Positions 62,239-64,000 of a stretch of DNA of 64,000 bases are shown here, in pieces; the stretch's first letter is position 1; the number at the start of each line of letters is the position of its first letter. Origin of the DNA: an uncultured Nitrospiraceae bacterium (GTDB taxonomy: Bacteria; Nitrospirota; Thermodesulfovibrionia; Thermodesulfovibrionales; Dissulfurispiraceae); contig CAVSHF010000003.1 of NCBI GenBank assembly GCA_963727805.1, positions 2,080,001-2,144,000 on the forward strand. Reading direction: 5' to 3'. Below the pieces are notes generated by a model. That model was not told where the DNA came from, did no database searches, and worked only from the letters and a program-made list of their open reading frames with translations. The position numbers and the translations under genes were made by a program.

Positions 62239-63087
62239 ATGCCAATAACAGACGGCGTGGAGAAAAAAATCAGTCGATCACTTATAAAACGATATCAGCC
62301 CTGCCCCGAGCTTCAAAACTTATTGGTGAAGAATAAGGGCAAATTCAATGTGCCGATAATCGCCGATATGCTGCAAGCCATTCCATGGGAGTGCCAGAGA
62401 TATCTCGTTGACAGATACGGGAAATATATTCCCGAAGTCGAAAGCAGCATCTTTAATGTCATAGCAAGGGAATGGTTTGCCGCTCGTGCCGCTGCGGCGA
62501 GGCACGGCAGGTATGCTTTGATAAGCGATTTAAAGGGTATGTTGAAAGACTGGGGCTTCCATGACTTTTACGAGCAGCATAACAACTTACTCGCGGTAAA
62601 TGTGAATGATGAGCTTTTTAATCAACTCAATATTTACTATTGTCTAGATGAAACATTCGAATCTCATATAAACAGGTTTCATGAAAAAGCCCCGAAAAAA
62701 AAGGCACCTACGGGTGTGAGCATCCGAGCGGATGTCTCAGAGGACTCAAGGCCGGAGATGATAGCAACGACCGCGAAGACATTCTTTTTTGCATCGATGC
62801 TCAACCTACAGCTGAAATGGATGCTTGAGTTGATGGACCTAGCTTACCTGGACGGCTCAATGGGGGTGGCCCTGGACAGTGAAGAGTACGAAAAGTTTCA
62901 AAATCTGCATCAAGCCATAAACGTTTCCACGGTCGATGAGCTAATAGACATTCTGGAAATGTTCCCCCCTCATACCTCAAAAGAAAGCACGATCGCCCTG
63001 CGACTCTTATTAAAGAATGCGGAAACTGAGATTACGCAGAAAATCCTCATGGGAAGACAGAACGTAATGCGCAAGAGAGGCAAATGA
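62239..63087 (+). CDS. hypothetical protein
   Basis: 282-aa ORF with TAAGGAGG RBS; no family recognised. Confidence 0.75.
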   Translation: MPITDGVEKKISRSLIKRYQPCPELQNLLVKNKGKFNVPIIADMLQAIPWECQRYLVDRYGKYIPEVESSIFNVIAREWFAARAAAARHGRYALISDLKGMLKDWGFHDFYEQHNNLLAVNVNDELFNQLNIYYCLDETFESHINRFHEKAPKKKAPTGVSIRADVSEDSRPEMIATTAKTFFFASMLNLQLKWMLELMDLAYLDGSMGVALDSEEYEKFQNLHQAINVSTVDELIDILEMFPPHTSKESTIALRLLLKNAETEITQKILMGRQNVMRKRGK

Positions 63088-63740
63088 ACCTGCTATTTTG
63101 TCGTTTTCCGCCAAAGTATCCGCAGAGATTGTCTGTACGACTAAGTCGGAGCACTTGGATGACATAAGTGATTTATTTTTTAACGACTCAAAATTGGATT
63201 AAAAAGTGCAAGTGGTTCCTTTTTTCGTGGAGAAACAATGGAGTCCTTTAATTTTGGGGTCCGTAGATACGTAGAGGTCCCTGAGGACCTACGCCCTACA
63301 GGATGGGCTCAGGTAGAAACCTACCGGTCGTCATCACTGCCTGCAATTCGCACCCGCCATACACGACAGAAAACAGCTAGTCATAAAGTTACTACGCCAC
63401 ACGGCACTCAGATAACTATTGTTGACTTCATAACGCCGTAATCAATCTACTCTCACCGAAAAACTGCGTATGTACGCTTGTACGGTGCCGATAATCGCAA
63501 TAGTTGACCCGCTAGACTTTTTCTGGAACTCCTTCATATTCCTGATCGAGCAACAGCAACCTTTCTCCCGATAATTTCGCCTTCTTATATTTTTTAGTGA
63601 CGCATTGTCGTAGCAATTGGCTTCCACTTGGCGATGGTGGTATAGCAGAATGTTCATCGGAGGGGATTCAAGAATTTGGCCCATTGCAGCAGATAAAAAG
63701 GAGGCTGGCTTTTGCCCAGCCTCCTCCGCAACAAAACCTT

Positions 63741-64000
63741 CTATGGCTTTGCAGGGACCATATCTTTCCCACAGCTGCACTTGCCAGGGTTTTGACTAAC
63801 AGTGTCACATTTGCACTGATCACCGCATGCGCATGTATACTTTCCCTTCTGCTTGTAAACTTTTTTTCCACCGTCAACATAGACCATGCCATTTTCGACT
63901 TTCGTGACGGTTACTTTTACCATATCCTTCCCACAGCTGCATTTGCCGGGATTCCTCGACATAGTATCGCAGGGACAGGTCTCACCGCATGCACAAACAT
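63741..64000 (-). CDS. Cys-rich repeat protein, putative metal-binding (5' end outside window)
   Basis: Two copies of CACGxxCxCDTxSxNPGKCSCGKDMV; frame open to the window edge. Confidence 0.7.
   Translation of the reverse strand, partial: VCACGETCPCDTMSRNPGKCSCGKDMVKVTVTKVENGMVYVDGGKKVYKQKGKYTCACGDQCKCDTVSQNPGKCSCGKDMVPAKP

Overview
Bacterial chromosome window from a diderm, LPS-making organism. Gene content and the tmRNA tag suggest Nitrospirota/Thermodesulfovibrionia; this is inference, not checked. Bases 1-31.7 kb are core genome: a partial HEAT-repeat gene; bamD-sirC-gnnA-gnnB-lpxB-waaA; uppS-cdsA-dxr-rseP-NUDIX-rfaE2; cheW; PIN/TRAM-ispD-ispF; hisH-selB-degP; msrA; hfq-SurA_N-dacA-cdaR-glmM; FmdB-clpS-clpA-aat; smpB-ssrA. 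Accessory DNA starts right after ssrA. The segment at 32.4-48.9 kb is a potassium-homeostasis block: a P-II protein, a KimA-like K+/H+ symporter, a 35-aa membrane peptide plus a free-standing copy of the KimA cytosolic domain, a CPA1 antiporter, an outer-membrane beta-barrel, a lone Fis-type HTH, two small peptides, kdpABC, an extra exported protein and kdpDE. Four promoters in this block share one architecture, KdpE-like TTTA(C/T) half-sites at fixed spacing plus a -10 hexamer. This points to a self-contained, extended KdpDE regulon and is the best candidate for an undescribed system here. The rest is a mosaic AraC/oxidoreductase cassette, ISL3, IS110 and integrase remnants, an intact IS4 inserted into a 44-bp palindrome, a PAS-GGDEF gene, an orphan and a partial Cys-rich repeat protein. 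No CRISPR array, rRNA or tRNA was seen. All calls come from manual motif reading, with no database searches.
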